In this document: positions 27,254-40,976 of the stretch, piece by piece
How the letters are laid out: the number at the start of each line of letters is the position of its first letter
Numbering within the stretch: position 1 is the first letter of the stretch
NCBI GenBank assembly: GCA_951406725.2
Contig: OX597816.1
Location: 87,234,001 to 87,298,000, forward strand
Source: Octopus vulgaris
Taxonomy: Eukaryota
DNA length: 64,000 nt
Direction: 5' to 3'
Made by a program: the position numbers and the translations under genes
Notes under the pieces: model-generated
Databases searched by the model: none
What the model saw: the letters and a program-made list of their open reading frames with translations, nothing else
Told to the model about the DNA's origin: nothing

Positions 27254-27572
27254 GGCGCGTGGCTCAGTAGTTAGAGTAATCGGACTCACAATCATGAGGT
27301 AATGAGTTCGATTCCCAGACCGGGGTGCGTGTAGTATTCTTGAGCAAGACACTTTATGTCACGTTGTTCCAGTTCACTCAGCTGTAGAAATGAGTTGTGA
27401 CGTCATTGTATCAAGTTGTATTGTCCTTTGCCTTTCCCTTGAGTAACATCAGTGGCATGGCGAAGGGAGGCTGCTTGTCTTCCATAAACAACCTTGTGCT
27501 TTGGGGGGTGGGGGTAACTTTCTAGGTGCAATCCCATGGTCATTCATGACCGAAGGAGGTGTTTACCCTTTT
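27254..27572 (+). mobile_element. tRNA-derived SINE family 3b, full length
   Basis: A box TGGCTCAGTAG, B box GTTCGATTCC. Body shared with 11440-11652 and 32725-33022. Confidence 0.85.
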
Positions 27573-28059
27573 GCTTTAGACACAGCCACTAATAAATGCA
27601 AGCAATATCAAGCCATTACAAACGGGTTTCTCTTTTATAAGTCACTCACCTTGCTAGAAATAGCATCCAAATCTCCCTAAAATGACAACTCTACTATCTT
27701 ATAATTTAGTCTTGGTTTCCTGTGTTTGTGAAACTGCTGTAATATCTTGGATAACACATCTTTCAACCAGGATTGACCGCAGCTAAGAAACAGCTTTAAC
27801 TATTACAACTGCTACGGAATACCCATGCGATCGCTCGACCTGAAAAAGAAAATTTACATGTATCATAGGTTTTATAAAACATGAGGAAAAATACTCAATA
27901 CAGGAGTAGAGAAGATAAAAGTTTGTTGTAGCCCTGAGCTTGCTCTCTGCTACTAATCAGCGTTTCTTGATCGCGTAATTATCTTAATATATATGTAATA
28001 TTATATAATGAAATTTAAATCAAAAATAAAGGTTAAGGAGCCATGGAATGACATTGGAT

Positions 28060-28517
28060 AATTAAGATGGGAGAAACGCAACGAATGTAGAAAGCACCAC
28101 ATCACACCACCCCGCTAGCACTGACCACTTCCCAGCACTCCACACCATCATCCACACACCTACACATGCACACACGCACACGTTAAGGTCACTAGCCCCT
28201 ATCCACACGCACATACATGCTCTCACATACACACGCACGCGTACCTTCATTTTGGGATCACCACTTCTTTATCATCTCCCCTTCTTCCTAGCTCTCCAGT
28301 TTGACCACTTCTGTCCGGCATTCGCCATAATTGATCGCTAGCAACTAAACCATCTTTTTTATTTTTTCTTTCTGCTTATTTCTGTGTTCCTTTCTGTTGA
28401 AGAGCGAAGGCTCGAAACGTAAAGGACTTTTTCACTTCCCGAATGTTAAACTAATACATCTGTTTATTGTTTACACACCCGTTTTCGTCTTTTATTTTTT
28501 TTTTTTTGTAAATTTCA
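28060..28517 (+). mobile_element. Penelope-like pLTR segment with a minimal A6U hammerhead at 28390-28425
   Basis: Colinear with 17600-17965. Motif CUUU-CUGUUGA-A-GAGC-GAAG-GCUC-GAAA-CG-UA-AAGG. Confidence 0.7.
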
Positions 28518-28532
28518 ACTAGATATATATAT

Positions 28533-28604
<72 letters not shown>

Positions 28605-30336
28605 GTATATATGTGTGTATGTGTGTGTGTGTGTGTGTATACATATATACATGTGTGTGAGTGTGTGAAGATAGATAGATAGACAGATATGCCTCAGTAA
28701 ATTAAATATTGATGTTATGCAAAGAATGTCAGACAAGTACAAATTTCGATCTCGAAAATGTCTAGCGCATAACAAAGTATTGGAAAATTTGGAATCTAAT
28801 CTTTATCTAATGATCAAAATGTTACGATTCAAAAAACTATAATAACGATTTAAAAAAAGTTTCTTATTAAAATAAGAATTATAACTGCAAGTATATTCTT
28901 CCAGACAAAACTCAAAATAAAAAAATCTTCATTAACTGACATTTCTACCTACAATGAAATTCTTTAAAATACTGAAACAAACCATTGAAAAATTCTTAGC
29001 ACAAAAAATACTATCAATATGAAATATGTGCACTAAGATAGCAACTTAAGATAGGTGGCAGAGCTGAATGTCTTGAACGTCAACCATATATAACTTAGAA
29101 ATTCTGCAAGGATAGAGTTTTATCTATTCCTAAGTGTGAACTAATTCATCCGAAAAAGTGTGAATTGCATGTAATTGAATTTATTTTAGCTTCCATTAAT
29201 TCAAAAATTAACAGCCAACTAGTTTAGCTTTATAGAACAACAGCATGTCTGTAATTAAGAGGGTTAATAGCATAGAAGCTAAACGAAAATTTTAAATCAT
29301 TCAATTTGACATGATGAAGTTTTATTCCCCTATTACAAAAAGTTTGATTCTAAAAACTTCAACATTTGGTAATGCAATGTGTGACATTAATAGTACGGAT
29401 ATTAAAGTTATAATGAATACTCGAAAGTCGTTGCTTTTCCATGACAATTCTTTAGCGCAAAGCATAATGTAGTTCGATGCAGCTCTGCGTGAAGTTACAA
29501 CAGAGGAGAGGTTTCTGGATTATTCGCTTTTTAAACATTAGACAAACTCTGTATAGAAACGACTGACGCTACCTTATATGGATTCAGAAAACATTTCATA
29601 AGCAGAACAAGAAATAATTAAAGTGATTAATTTCCCGAAATAATACATTAACCTGAATGCAAACATATTTTCTCTTCAGAAAACCTAATATAAATAAGAT
29701 ATCTAAACACCTGCTCACTAGATTTTTCATAGTCTTGAAAAATCTAGTGAGCAGTATTAGAAGACAAATTGTCAACATTTCTTTTCATGAAGAATCTTTT
29801 AACCTTATATATTATAATAATGCTTTAGTTGTATTAGTTCAAATTAGTAATCTGTATTTCATACTTAAAGTATATGTATTTTTGAAAGGCTTCTAAATTG
29901 CAGTGGGTCTCAACAAAGCATCTCTTATAGACGTATGGAGTTAAAAGATACACAGACATACTAATTCCGTTACTATTAACGAATTTTTATTCATCCTGCC
30001 AGCTAAATGCAACGTCAGTGATATTTCATTTACTGTTTAGCTATATCAGCTACCAGCCTATTTTCGAGTAGCACACAGCGCCAGAGAATAACTTGCAACT
30101 AATGAAGCTCAAAGAACCAGAAATCCGTATTCAGCAATGCCACCACCGCTAGTCGACAATTTTCGTCTGTTGCGAGGTGATGGAAGAGGAGGTGGTGGTG
30201 GGGGAGAAGTTGGTGGAGGAGGTGGTGGCGGACTAGATATGCTTCGTCGTTGTCCTCCTCAAGCATTTTCAAAGATATTTCTCAAGTTGAGCACTTTTCG
30301 ATTTTAAGAGATTTGGCTGCAATTTATTCCTACCTC

Positions 30337-30409
<73 letters not shown>

Positions 30410-30410
<1 letters not shown>

Positions 30411-31810
30411 CTTTGTAGGAAGTTAACTATATGGCCAGTCATAGAGTAACCAATGGTTTCGCATCCATAAAGCTCTTAGCCTTATAAACGCCTCGTCGGA
30501 CTCTAATGGCCACAGGTATATAACCTCTTTTCAAATTGGAGATAGAAAAACGTTACGGCCATTTAATTTTTGTAAGCAAAAAAATATCTATTTTCCGAAG
30601 TAGGACGGGGTTTTTGCTCTTAGATCAGTTCCAGTTGGCAAATTTTTTTACGACTCTAATCAACAAATGGGGAATCCTACACTTGCAGTAGGTAGCGTTT
30701 AAAGTCTGGACAAGGACCAAAGATCTCTTTTCTGGAATTCAAAAGGGCCCGGATCTAGCGAGTCTTTTAGGATCCTTGCCTGCTCTGCTGTGCAAAGCTT
30801 GCATCGTCTGCTCCCGTTTATATAAGACCCCGGTTGTTCAAGGACCCTCCATTTAATATCAGAACCTTCAACCTTTGGGCGCTACACGTGGCTGGACAGG
30901 GACAAGACGTAACGCCTTTCCGGAATCCTAAAAGACGACGTGTGGTTGTACAAGCGTCACTTAAAGGCAGCTCCGTCCAAACCGATGTATCTCCGAATTT
31001 GTGTGCTGGGTGCATTATCGCCTCTGATCTTTATTCCGTTATCCCCGGTTCTGATGTTGCTGCTGCTGTTATTGGAGCTATTGTCAGGAATATTACTACT
31101 GGGCGTGAGTTTTGTAGTTCCGCTGTTGCTGGCATAGTAGGCATCTCCGACCGCAGTGTTGATGTTGCTACTGATGGTAGTGGTGGTGGTGGTGGTGGTG
31201 TTGCTGGAGCTTTTGTCAATGTTGTTATTTCTGGGCGTGAGACCGGTAGTTCCCCTGTTGCTGGCGGAACAGTTATCTCCGGCTGTAATTCTGATGTTGG
31301 TCGCCGCTGCCATTGTTGTTGCCTTTGTTGCTCGATGTGCTGCTGCTGTTACTCTGGTTGTTATGCCAGTTACCACTACGGCCTTATATAGGACACCTCG
31401 GCCTCGAATTGGCCTCCCACTGAGCAGTCATTGTACTGTCTTTATGAACAACCTGCGTCTGCTCGCATTTTAGGGACGTTCACTAAGTTTTTCAATGCTG
31501 GGTGAGCAACTAAAGGAGACCCCTAGACTGTGCTTATTGTGCAAACTTCCGTACCTATGGAACTACGTAAAGTGCCTGTACACTAACCTATGGAAAATCC
31601 TTACCACACACGTTTTAAAATTGGGAAAGAGAGGTGAAGCAAACCAAACGACTTTCCGGTGGTGCTTCCTTTTGCGGGCAGGTGCTAGGCTCCAGCATAT
31701 AGGAGATGCGGGTTTTAAAACCACTGGATGCCAGGGCCTCGTTATGATAGGGGGCCGCGACGTCGAGGTCTCTTGATTCGATGACATGTTCGAGATGCTT
31801 CTTTTTCGGA
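30410..31810 (-). other. Unidentified degraded coding-like segment (probable TE relic) with a Pro/Thr-rich internal duplication
   Basis: Higher GC and complexity than the flanks, bounded by microsatellites. Related blocks at ~31075-31150 and ~31205-31280. No domain recognised. Confidence 0.3.
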
Positions 31811-32724
31811 TATATGATCTAAACAGATAGATTGATTAATAGGTAGGTAGGTAGGTAGGTAGGTAGGTAGGTGCGTAGGTAGATGGGTAGGTAGGTAGGT
31901 AGGTTGGTAGGTAGGTAGGTAGGTAGGTAGGTAGGTAGGTAGGTAGGTAGGTAGGTAGGTAGGTAGGTAGGTAGGTAGGTACAGATAGATAGATCGATCG
32001 ATCAAATCCGAAAAAGAAACATCCGAACCTATATATATAGATAGATACATACATACATACATACATACATACATACATACATACATACATACATACATAC
32101 ATACACTTCTTTTTTGGGGGTGGGGTGAAACATTGCAACCTGCTGTTTATATAAATTTTGTGTATATATATATAAAGTTTCTTGGATGTGATTTGAGATT
32201 TGGCTGTTTGGTTTCAATACGTTGCTACAGAGGTATAAGGCAATTGTTACCAGACATGTCGTGTTGGTTGCTTGTAAATAAATCACAATCTTTGAGTTTT
32301 CGTAACTTAATTATTTCTTTTTTGTCTTTGGTTTCGAAGACTTGATGCAAATTCCGTGAGTAAAAAGCAGATTTTGATGTATCTCGGGAAGGTCATTATG
32401 TCAGTAATAAATACAAGCACTGGTTTTATTGCACTTCTGTTATTATTTCCATTTTATTTCTTAGAGGTTTTGATTTTACTTGCCTCGGACAGTTCTGTGG
32501 GAGCGGACAGCGACCCGTTAAAAACATATTGAATAATGATTTAGCATTATTAACACAATGAAAGGGCACAAAACCAGCTGGAATATTAAGAGACAGATGA
32601 GGTCATTTCACAGCGCTACACTACTCTTTTGTTACACACTGTACTTTAGTGATTCTGTTTGCGATTTACATTAAGTGTACAAGCGTCTGTTGAAAGCTTA
32701 GCCACTTAAACAGAAGGCCAAAGA

Positions 32725-33022
32725 CCCGCTTCAGTCATGAATGACCATGGGATGGCGGAAGTCCGGGCAATGATGTTTATGGAAGACCAGCAGTCGACCT
32801 TGCATGCCGACCTCACGTCTCTACGCCACTGGTGTTATCCAAGGGATACAACTTGGTACCAGTGTCGACGTAACTCATTTCTACAGCTGAGTGAACTGGA
32901 GCGACGTGAAATAGAGTGTCTTGCTCAAGAACACAACACAATACCTCATGATTGCGAGTTCATGATCGAACTCACTACCGCGTGATTGCGAGTCCGACGC
33001 TTTAACCACAGAGTCATGCGCT
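32725..33022 (-). mobile_element. SINE family 3b
   Basis: Reverse complement of 27254-27572. Confidence 0.8.
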
Positions 33023-33420
33023 TACATCATTTCAGAAACAGTTAATCCAATAGAGTGAACAAAATCCTCCTCGTCGATTGCCGAAGATCCCCAGCCGTTA
33101 TGATTTACATACACAACTAGTTAAAAGCTGAGAAAAAAACATGACAAGCAGACATTGAGATAAGTGTACATTCAGTCACACAGGGAAAGACTTAGCAGTG
33201 AGAGGTGCAATGAGATTTACAAGTAGTAGGGGTAGTAGTTATTAGGTAGAAGAGGTAGGAGCGGTGAATAACTGAACGCGACATGAGAATAATATTATCA
33301 GACAGACATCTAAACTTTCAAGTTTTTTGGCTTAAGCTACGGTGACCTACCTGCCTGTTGCTTAGCTGTCATGACTGATTTGTTTACCTCTTTTGGCTGG
33401 GACAAAAGCCTAGAAGGCAC

Positions 33421-33503
<83 letters not shown>

Positions 33504-33720
33504 TACTGTTGATCTTTTTAAACTCAATCTGTTTTCAAGGCAAGGGCAACCTATCTTTACGATCAATCTATCTATCATTCTATCTATCTATGTATTTGTC
33601 TGTGTGTCTTTTTAACAATCTATCGCTCGATCTGTCTACTTTGTTATGCGTATATTGCTACTGCATGGCCGCAGTCTGATGACTGAAACAAGTAAAAGAT
33701 AATATATATATTCATACAAT

Positions 33721-33870
33721 GGCGCAGGAGTGGCTGTGTGGTAACTAGCTTGCTAACCAACCACATGGTTCCGGATTCAGTCCCACTGCGTGGCACCTTG
33801 GGCAAGTGTCTTCTACTACAGCCTCGATCCGACCAAAGCTTTGTGAGTGGATTTGGTAGACGGAAACTCT

Positions 33871-33925
<55 letters not shown>

Positions 33926-34152
33926 TGTGTGTGTGTGTGTTTGTGTGTCTGTGTTTTTCCACCACCATCATCGCTTAACAACCGATGTTGGTGTGTTTAC
34001 GTCCCCGTAACCTAGCAGTTCGGCAAAAGAGACCGATAAGATAAGTACTAGGCTTACAAAGAATAAGTCCTGGGGTGGATTTGTTCCACTAAAGTCGGTC
34101 CTCCAGCATGGCCGCCACAGTCCAATGACTGAAACAAATAAAAGAATAAAAG
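33721..34152 (+). mobile_element. SINE family 1, full length
   Basis: Matches 10825-11230. Confidence 0.9.
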
Positions 34153-34167
34153 AATATATATATATTC

Positions 34168-34360
34168 GATCGCTAGCCACTAAGCTTTTTTATTCTCTAT
34201 CTGTTTATTTCCTCGTGTTCCTTTCTGTTGAAGAGCGTAGGCTCGAAACGTAAAAGACTTTTTCACCTTCCCGAACGTTAAACTAAAACATCTGTTTGTT
34301 GTTCTCACATCTGTCTTCGTCTGTTTTGTTTTTTGTTTTTTTTTTTTGTAAATTCCAACT
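34168..34360 (+). mobile_element. Penelope-like pLTR segment with a minimal A6U hammerhead at 34221-34256
   Basis: GATCGCTAGCCACTA start as at 17777 and 28333. Motif CUUU-CUGUUGA-A-GAGC-GUAG-GCUC-GAAA-CG-UA-AAAG. Confidence 0.75.
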
Positions 34361-34543
34361 ATATATATATACACACACACACATACTTCCATATAAGAGA
34401 CCAAAGTGTACGTACGCCGCTATATTTTATATATAAAAAATACAAAAATGGGACAAGAACGCAACACATCCAGACAGTTAGGTGAAACAAAAGAAGAAAA
34501 ACAAAATATCCAGATAGACGATACAAGGAAAACAAGGACGGAT

Positions 34544-34685
34544 CATTCAGAGTTTTCTATCTTCAGTCGAGTTCCAGATTATCTTTGCAATTTCTGCTGA
34601 TAATACTCGAGATTGCTCCAGTCTGGCCAGCCCCAAGGAAAGATAATCTAAAAGCATTAGATTCTTTGGAAGGAAGCAACGAATG
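34544..34685 (-). ncRNA. Rearranged hammerhead, copy 2 (C11.1 mutated); predicted cut after 34611
   Basis: GGCUGG-CCAGACU-GGA-GCAAU-C-UCGAGU-AUUA-UCAGCA-GAA-AUUGC-AAAGAU-AAUCUGG-A-ACUCGA-CUGAAGA. Confidence 0.7.
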
Positions 34686-35317
34686 TAGACGAAAATAAGG
34701 ACGGTAAAAAACAGAAATGTTACAAAAATATAAATAACAGGACATAACAACAGGTTTTCTTCAACTAAGGACAAATTAAATTAAGCTGGCGTGTGTGGAA
34801 GTAAAGCCTTACGGCAGGAACATAAGATTTAACAAGCTCAGGAAGGAATATAGATGTTGCACGGACAGTAATCCAACCAAGAAAGAAAGATCAGGCCTGG
34901 CCGAACACCGGTCACGTGGGGAGAGAAGAGAGAGTGAGGTAGAGGCAGAGGGATAGAAGAATTGAGGGGGGTGCGAAAGAAAAATGAAAGAGACACTTTG
35001 AAGTGAAAGACAGAAAGTGAGCATGAAGAGAAGGCCAGGAAATGTGAGAGAGGGGGAACGAAAGAACGAAGAGTGGAATGAACGAAGTGTGAAAGGGCTG
35101 AAAGAAAGAACGAAAGAATACAAAGGACAATAGCGTCGTACAAAATTTAGATATATATACTTACATATAAGAGACCAACGTGTACGTACGCCGCTATATT
35201 CTATATATAAAAAATACAAAAATGGGACAAGGACGCAAAACATCTAGACAGTTAGGTGAAACAAAAAAAGGAAAACAAAATATCCAGATAGACGATACAA
35301 GGAAAACAAGGACTGAT

Positions 35318-35459
35318 CATTCGGAGTTTTCTATCCTCAGTCGAGTTCCAGATTATCTTTGCAATTTCGGTTGGTCATACTCGAGATTGCTCCAATCTGG
35401 CCAGCCCCAAGGAAAAATAAGCTAAGAACATTACATTCCTTGGAAGAAAACAGCGAATG
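35318..35459 (-). ncRNA. Rearranged hammerhead, copy 3; predicted cut after 35385
   Basis: GGCUGG-CCAGAUU-GGA-GCAAU-C-UCGAGU-AUGA-CCAACC-GAA-AUUGC-AAAGAU-AAUCUGG-A-ACUCGA-CUGAGGA. Confidence 0.72.
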
Positions 35460-36054
35460 TATACGAAAACAAGGACGGAAAAAAATAGCTCTTCTCTCCC
35501 CACGTGACCGGTGTTCGGCCAGGCCTGACCTTTCTTTCTTGGTTGGACTACTGTTCGTGCAACATCTATATTCCTTCCTGTGCTTGTTAAATCTTATGTC
35601 GCTTGTCCCGTCGTAATGGTTTCCTCAAGCTGGGACATGACACACCGGTAGTATAGGATTTGGGCGTTCCTCGTATCCCTTGGCGTAAGGACAAAGTAAT
35701 CTTTCACGTGGGGCCACAGGTTCTGAGACTCCAGGCTATCAACCTGAGCGACCTCTGCCTCACACACAGCCGTTGCAGACTCTTCAACAGGCCCTTCTTC
35801 CTTAGGCCGAACAAAAAAATGTCTTCACCTTCCATAACGACAAGCGATAACTTGAGAAGCCGATAACGTACAGTGCTGTTGCTGACACTGTAAGACTGTC
35901 TGTAACATGACAACGTCGTAAGTGAACACAACTTAAAACTACACAATGCTGCTCAGCTAACTACTGCTGCGTCAATAAATCACGTCTTGTCACGTGTACA
36001 TGTAGTCATCTAATAGTGTGCCTGACGGAGTCTTCGAGATACGTGCACAACAGA

Positions 36055-36209
36055 CAGTTAGCGGAACTTATAGTTAGCAGAACTAAATTTAGCGAAAGCT
36101 AATTGGTCCGCTAACGGTTTCCAAAGTTGGCGATACGCTAATCTGCTAAACGAAAAGCTATCTTTGCTAATTAGCTGTTAGCGGATTAGCGGAACTGTTC
36201 CCACCACTG
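36055..36209. mobile_element. One end of a hAT-type DNA transposon with subterminal repeats
   Basis: Ends CCCACCACTG (reverse complement CAGTGGTGGG). Multiple TTAGCGG/CCGCTAA motifs in both orientations. Confidence 0.55.
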
Positions 36210-36391
36210 GGCATTAGATGTTTTTCTTTCGTTAAAGCAAACTTGGCTTACAACTGTTTCCAGTAATCATTATAGGTATGTTACTGATAGGTTTACTCAA
36301 TTGGTCAATTGATCAGTTGAGAAAAATTGAACGACCTGAAATAATTAATGCTACTTTCTTCAGAGACACTTCTCATTATACGTGTGTGTAC

Positions 36392-36476
<85 letters not shown>

Positions 36477-36564
36477 CATACACACGTTTGCGCGCGGAAA
36501 CACACACATATATATATATATAAGCATACACACTTTTTTATACACGTATACATCCACGCATACA

Positions 36565-37300
36565 CACGCAGGTTGTACGGAAAGTAATACAAATATAGAC
36601 ATAGTTGTTATTAACTGACATAGGCTGTGCATGTTGTTCATCTATGCAAAATCCCTATAGTTTCCAGCACAAGTGATTCATTCGCGCCACCGCTGAACCC
36701 GACTCACTAATCGTCTTCACTAAAATTCAAGTGTGTCTACTGTGTTAGTCATTTTTCACAGTCATTTTCTTCTTGTCTATATCATCATATCGACCTCAAA
36801 GACCGTTTCTTCATTCGACTATAGAGGTTACAGAGAAGCAGATATGTGTTGTATAGTTGATGGGGGACAACTGAGCAGCCCGATTTGCAGACTGGTTGAT
36901 TTGTTGCCAAAGGTGTGTGGTTAGGCGATGTCATTATGAAATTGGATAACTTAGATTCTTATTCTATTTTTTATCTTTATGGATTCTCTTAGCTTTTTGA
37001 GTATGCATGTGTGTAATCGAGGGAAATAACACGTTTATCAGCCTTCAAAACACTCATCATTGCTTCCTGCGCTGATCTTCGGATTATTTCTTAGGTCTTC
37101 GAGGTGTGACACCGTTCCCAGGACTGAGCCTTCATGGCTGGATCATAAAGTTATAACGTTTTATGCCCCTGTCATTAGATCGTTAAAAATCAAGTTTCCA
37201 TATGGCTTCAAAGGCTTACTGAGCAGACTTCAACTTCAATCAAAACCGACTTCTACCTATCCCTGCTTCAAACCTTGGCATACAACTTAAATGAAGAAAA
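36565..37300 (-). pseudogene. Heavily degraded Tc1/mariner transposase
   Basis: Minus-strand fragments MTG..YDPAMKAQS..SAQEAMMSV and HNDIA*PHT resemble the mariner TGDETW..YDP..KxQS..SAGKVM and HHDNARPHT motifs. TIR-like CAGGTTGTACGGAAAGTAAT at ~36569. Confidence 0.6.
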
Positions 37301-38630
37301 GAAAAGAAATTGTGTGTGTGTGTGTGTGTGCTCTATATCTTCGTGTGTGTGCTTCGTAGTACATGCGTGACATAAAAGATATTCTTTGAGTTCGCTTGAT
37401 CCGAGCTTCGACCTCAGTTTAACCAACAACAGTACTAAGGCAGGATTTACATTTATTGTCTTAACTATCAGTGGCGACCAAGGAAGACTTTGCTCTGTTA
37501 TGAATACGTCCACAAGTAAAGATCAAGTCCCTGATCTCATCTAAACATAGCTAAAACTACAATGCCTCTACTGTACAATGTTGTTAATTGATGATACATC
37601 AAAACACGAACATAACAAACGTTCCGTTTAGATGGAAATAAATATCAACGGAGGAAGATTTCAGTAATTTTCTTTTAAATTCAAATTAATTTTAAAACAA
37701 AACGCAACTTCCTTGTTTTCATTTTAAAATAATATTTCCTAAATCGGATTTTAATTTTCTTTAACAGTGATTCATGATCCTTGGCAGGCAATTAACAGTA
37801 ACTGGTTTTAACATGTTTGAATTTCGTTGGGTTTTACTTGTCATGGGAAATGTCAGACGCCGTATCAAATTGAGGACATATATTATAATACTTATGTAAT
37901 CTCCTTTAATAAACCTGTCATTTGTCAAGTTGCTGTTTATTTTCGAACTTCTTTGATCTTTTCATTTAATTACAACACACACACACACATATGCATACAT
38001 AATATATATACGCACCTGTATATACATATACATATGCATGTAACATGTATTTATATACATGTATTTATGTATACATGTATATATATATGTATATATATGT
38101 ATATATATATATATGTATATATATACATATATACACACATATATATATATGCATATGCATTTATATTATATATACGCACATGTGTATAAATATAAATGTG
38201 CATATTATAAATGCATATATATGCATATATACATATGCATATATACTATATATACGAAGTATTAGATATGCAAACATAAGTGTAAATATATATATGCACA
38301 CACAAAGACACACACACACACATATACATATATATATATATATATATATATTTGCACATGTGTATGCACATATATATAGATGTATAACATATTCACACAT
38401 ATTTTATATATGCATACATATATTCATCATACAACCATGGATAGGCACATATGCATTAGCTAAGTCATTAGATGTAACCATCCTAACCATAGTTTTGTAG
38501 CCTTTTGCAAAACGTCAGTTAAAGCCAATAGCATTCAGAAATTTAGGATAATAATATCGAAGGAAGTAAATGACTGTAAGAACTTCATAATTGCAAACTA
38601 AGCGCGAAGGAATTACCAATCTGTACTACA

Positions 38631-38672
<42 letters not shown>

Positions 38673-38699
38673 TGTGCGTGCGTGCGTGTGTGTGTGTGC

Positions 38700-39082
38700 T
38701 TCTGAACCACATGGTTCCGGGTCCAGTTCAGCTGAGTAGCACTTCGAGCAAATGTCTTTTACTAGAGGGACGGCCGAAGCTTTGTGATTGGGTTTGGTTG
38801 ACAGAAACAGAAAGAATCCCGTCGTTTATATAATATATATATATATATAATATATATATATATGTGTGTGTGTGTACGATATATCTTTATACGCGCATGC
38901 GCCTGTGTGTGTTTGTGTGTGCATGCTTGATAGCTGGTGTTAGTTTGTTTACATTACCGTAACGCAGCAGTTCGGCAAAAAAGACTGATAGAATATGGAT
39001 CAGACTTTTTAAAGTAATCGCTTCCAGACGGTGCCCTCAGCATGGCCGCAGTCCAATGACTGAAATATGTAAAGGTTAAGAT
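38700..39082 (+). mobile_element. SINE family 1, diverged
   Basis: AACCACATGGTTCCGGG...CAGCATGGCCGCAGTCCAATGACTGAAA. Confidence 0.8.
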
Positions 39083-39912
39083 ATAAATGGATTTATTTAC
39101 TCACACAAACACAAGCATATATGCACACACACACATACACATGCGTGTATAAATGTGCGTGTGTGAGTGTGTTTGCTTTTCGGAAATCTGAGAGTTTCGT
39201 TTTGTTTTGATTTGTTTTTTTATTTCATGCAGTTATTTTGTGGAGGAATCGTTCCAGTCATTTATCAATCCCAAAGTGCTCTTTTCACTTTCCCTATCTA
39301 AAGTTTCTTTGCACGTCTGTGACATCATCATCGACTTCATTGAGAGAAAAACAAAAAAATGGAACTGCGTCGGTAACAAAGCACAGAAAATCCAGGAAAC
39401 TTATTGATACTTCATAATTCACACTACAATTAAGAAATAAATAATAAGAAAATTTCTCGTTTTTATGTGTTTGACTCTTCTGCTATGTATTGTGTGTGTG
39501 CGTGCGTATCGGATTCTCTGTGTGTTTGTGTACATGGATGTATATGTGTGTACCCTTATGTGTGCATATGTATTTAGAGGAGAAATAGCTCCCAATGAAA
39601 TAACCAAAGTACTAAAATATATGCGTTTATGTCCATGATATAGTTCTATGTATGCCTGAATATATGTACGTATGTAGTAATGTACATATATTTACGTGCG
39701 TGTATGTTTGGGTATGTAGGAGGTGAGGGTGCATGTGTGTGTTTAGATAAGTGCGTCTCTCGCGCTCTCTCTCTATACATATGCATATATACATATATGC
39801 GTGTATATATATATATATATACATGCATACATATGTACATAAATATATATGTATATATATGCATTTATATATACATCGATATATGCACATATATACATAG
39901 ATATAGATATAT

Positions 39913-39953
<41 letters not shown>

Positions 39954-40720
39954 TCATACATATATATGTGTGTGTGCGTGTATGTGTGTGTGTGTGCGTG
40001 TATGTGTGTGCGTGTGCGCGCGCGCGCGCGTGTGGATCTTGGTGTCTAATCCTGTAACATTGGTATATCTATGTACATATAACTTCGAATCCATATTTGT
40101 TTCTACTTTGCCTTTTTTTTTGTTTTGTTATGTTTTTGCTTTTTCTGTCAGGCATATTTGATTAAAAGTAAAACTATTCCATAGAATTTGTTTCTTTTAT
40201 TTCTACATTTCATATTCTTTTCCTCACCATTTTCTTTTTTTTTTTTTCCTACAACATTAATATCTTTGTTTTCATTTCGAACGTAAATATAAGTTTCCCT
40301 AGGGCTCCGCTTATCGACGTTTTAAGGTCACATGACCCTATCATATATTATGTCCATCCATTATGCGACGGATACTAGAGAGTGCATTGCTTTTATGTTG
40401 TCTCAAAATTTTAACTGCTATTGGCTAATGTAAATGTGTGGAGATTAGTAGTAAAACATTATCGAGGAAAACTTCAGTACGGTCTCCAAGTTTGTTTTTA
40501 TACGTCGATGAAGGATAGCGTACGGGTGCATATGTATTGATTCCACGCTTGGATAGGGATTATACGAAATATTAGTGAGTATGTCTCTCTTTATACTTCT
40601 TGATTTTTAACATAATGATTTTCAGGTGCATAGTTACTTTACAGGAATGCGTAGTTGTAGTCTGAACTATGTAACGTTTTATTACATGTTTTTTGTATTT
40701 TTCAGCTTATGTAACACACA

Positions 40721-40811
<91 letters not shown>

Positions 40812-40976
40812 TAAATCTTAGGGTAGCAAAAAAATTTAGAAAAATTCTTCGCTACCAGTGATCTAGCGAGAAGTGGTTTGAAGTTTAACTACTCTTTCTA
40901 GTGAGTCAGATATCCTATTATGGTCATCTCTTATGTGTTTAAATGCACACTGTATTTTTCTTTATATATATATATA

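Larger units (their letters stand above)
34390..35600 (-). mobile_element. Non-coding retrozyme/Penelope-like element: 774-bp partial tandem plus a terminal inversion
   Basis: 34390-~34710 repeats at 35164-~35484. 35489-35599 is the reverse complement of ~34820-34930. Confidence 0.8.
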
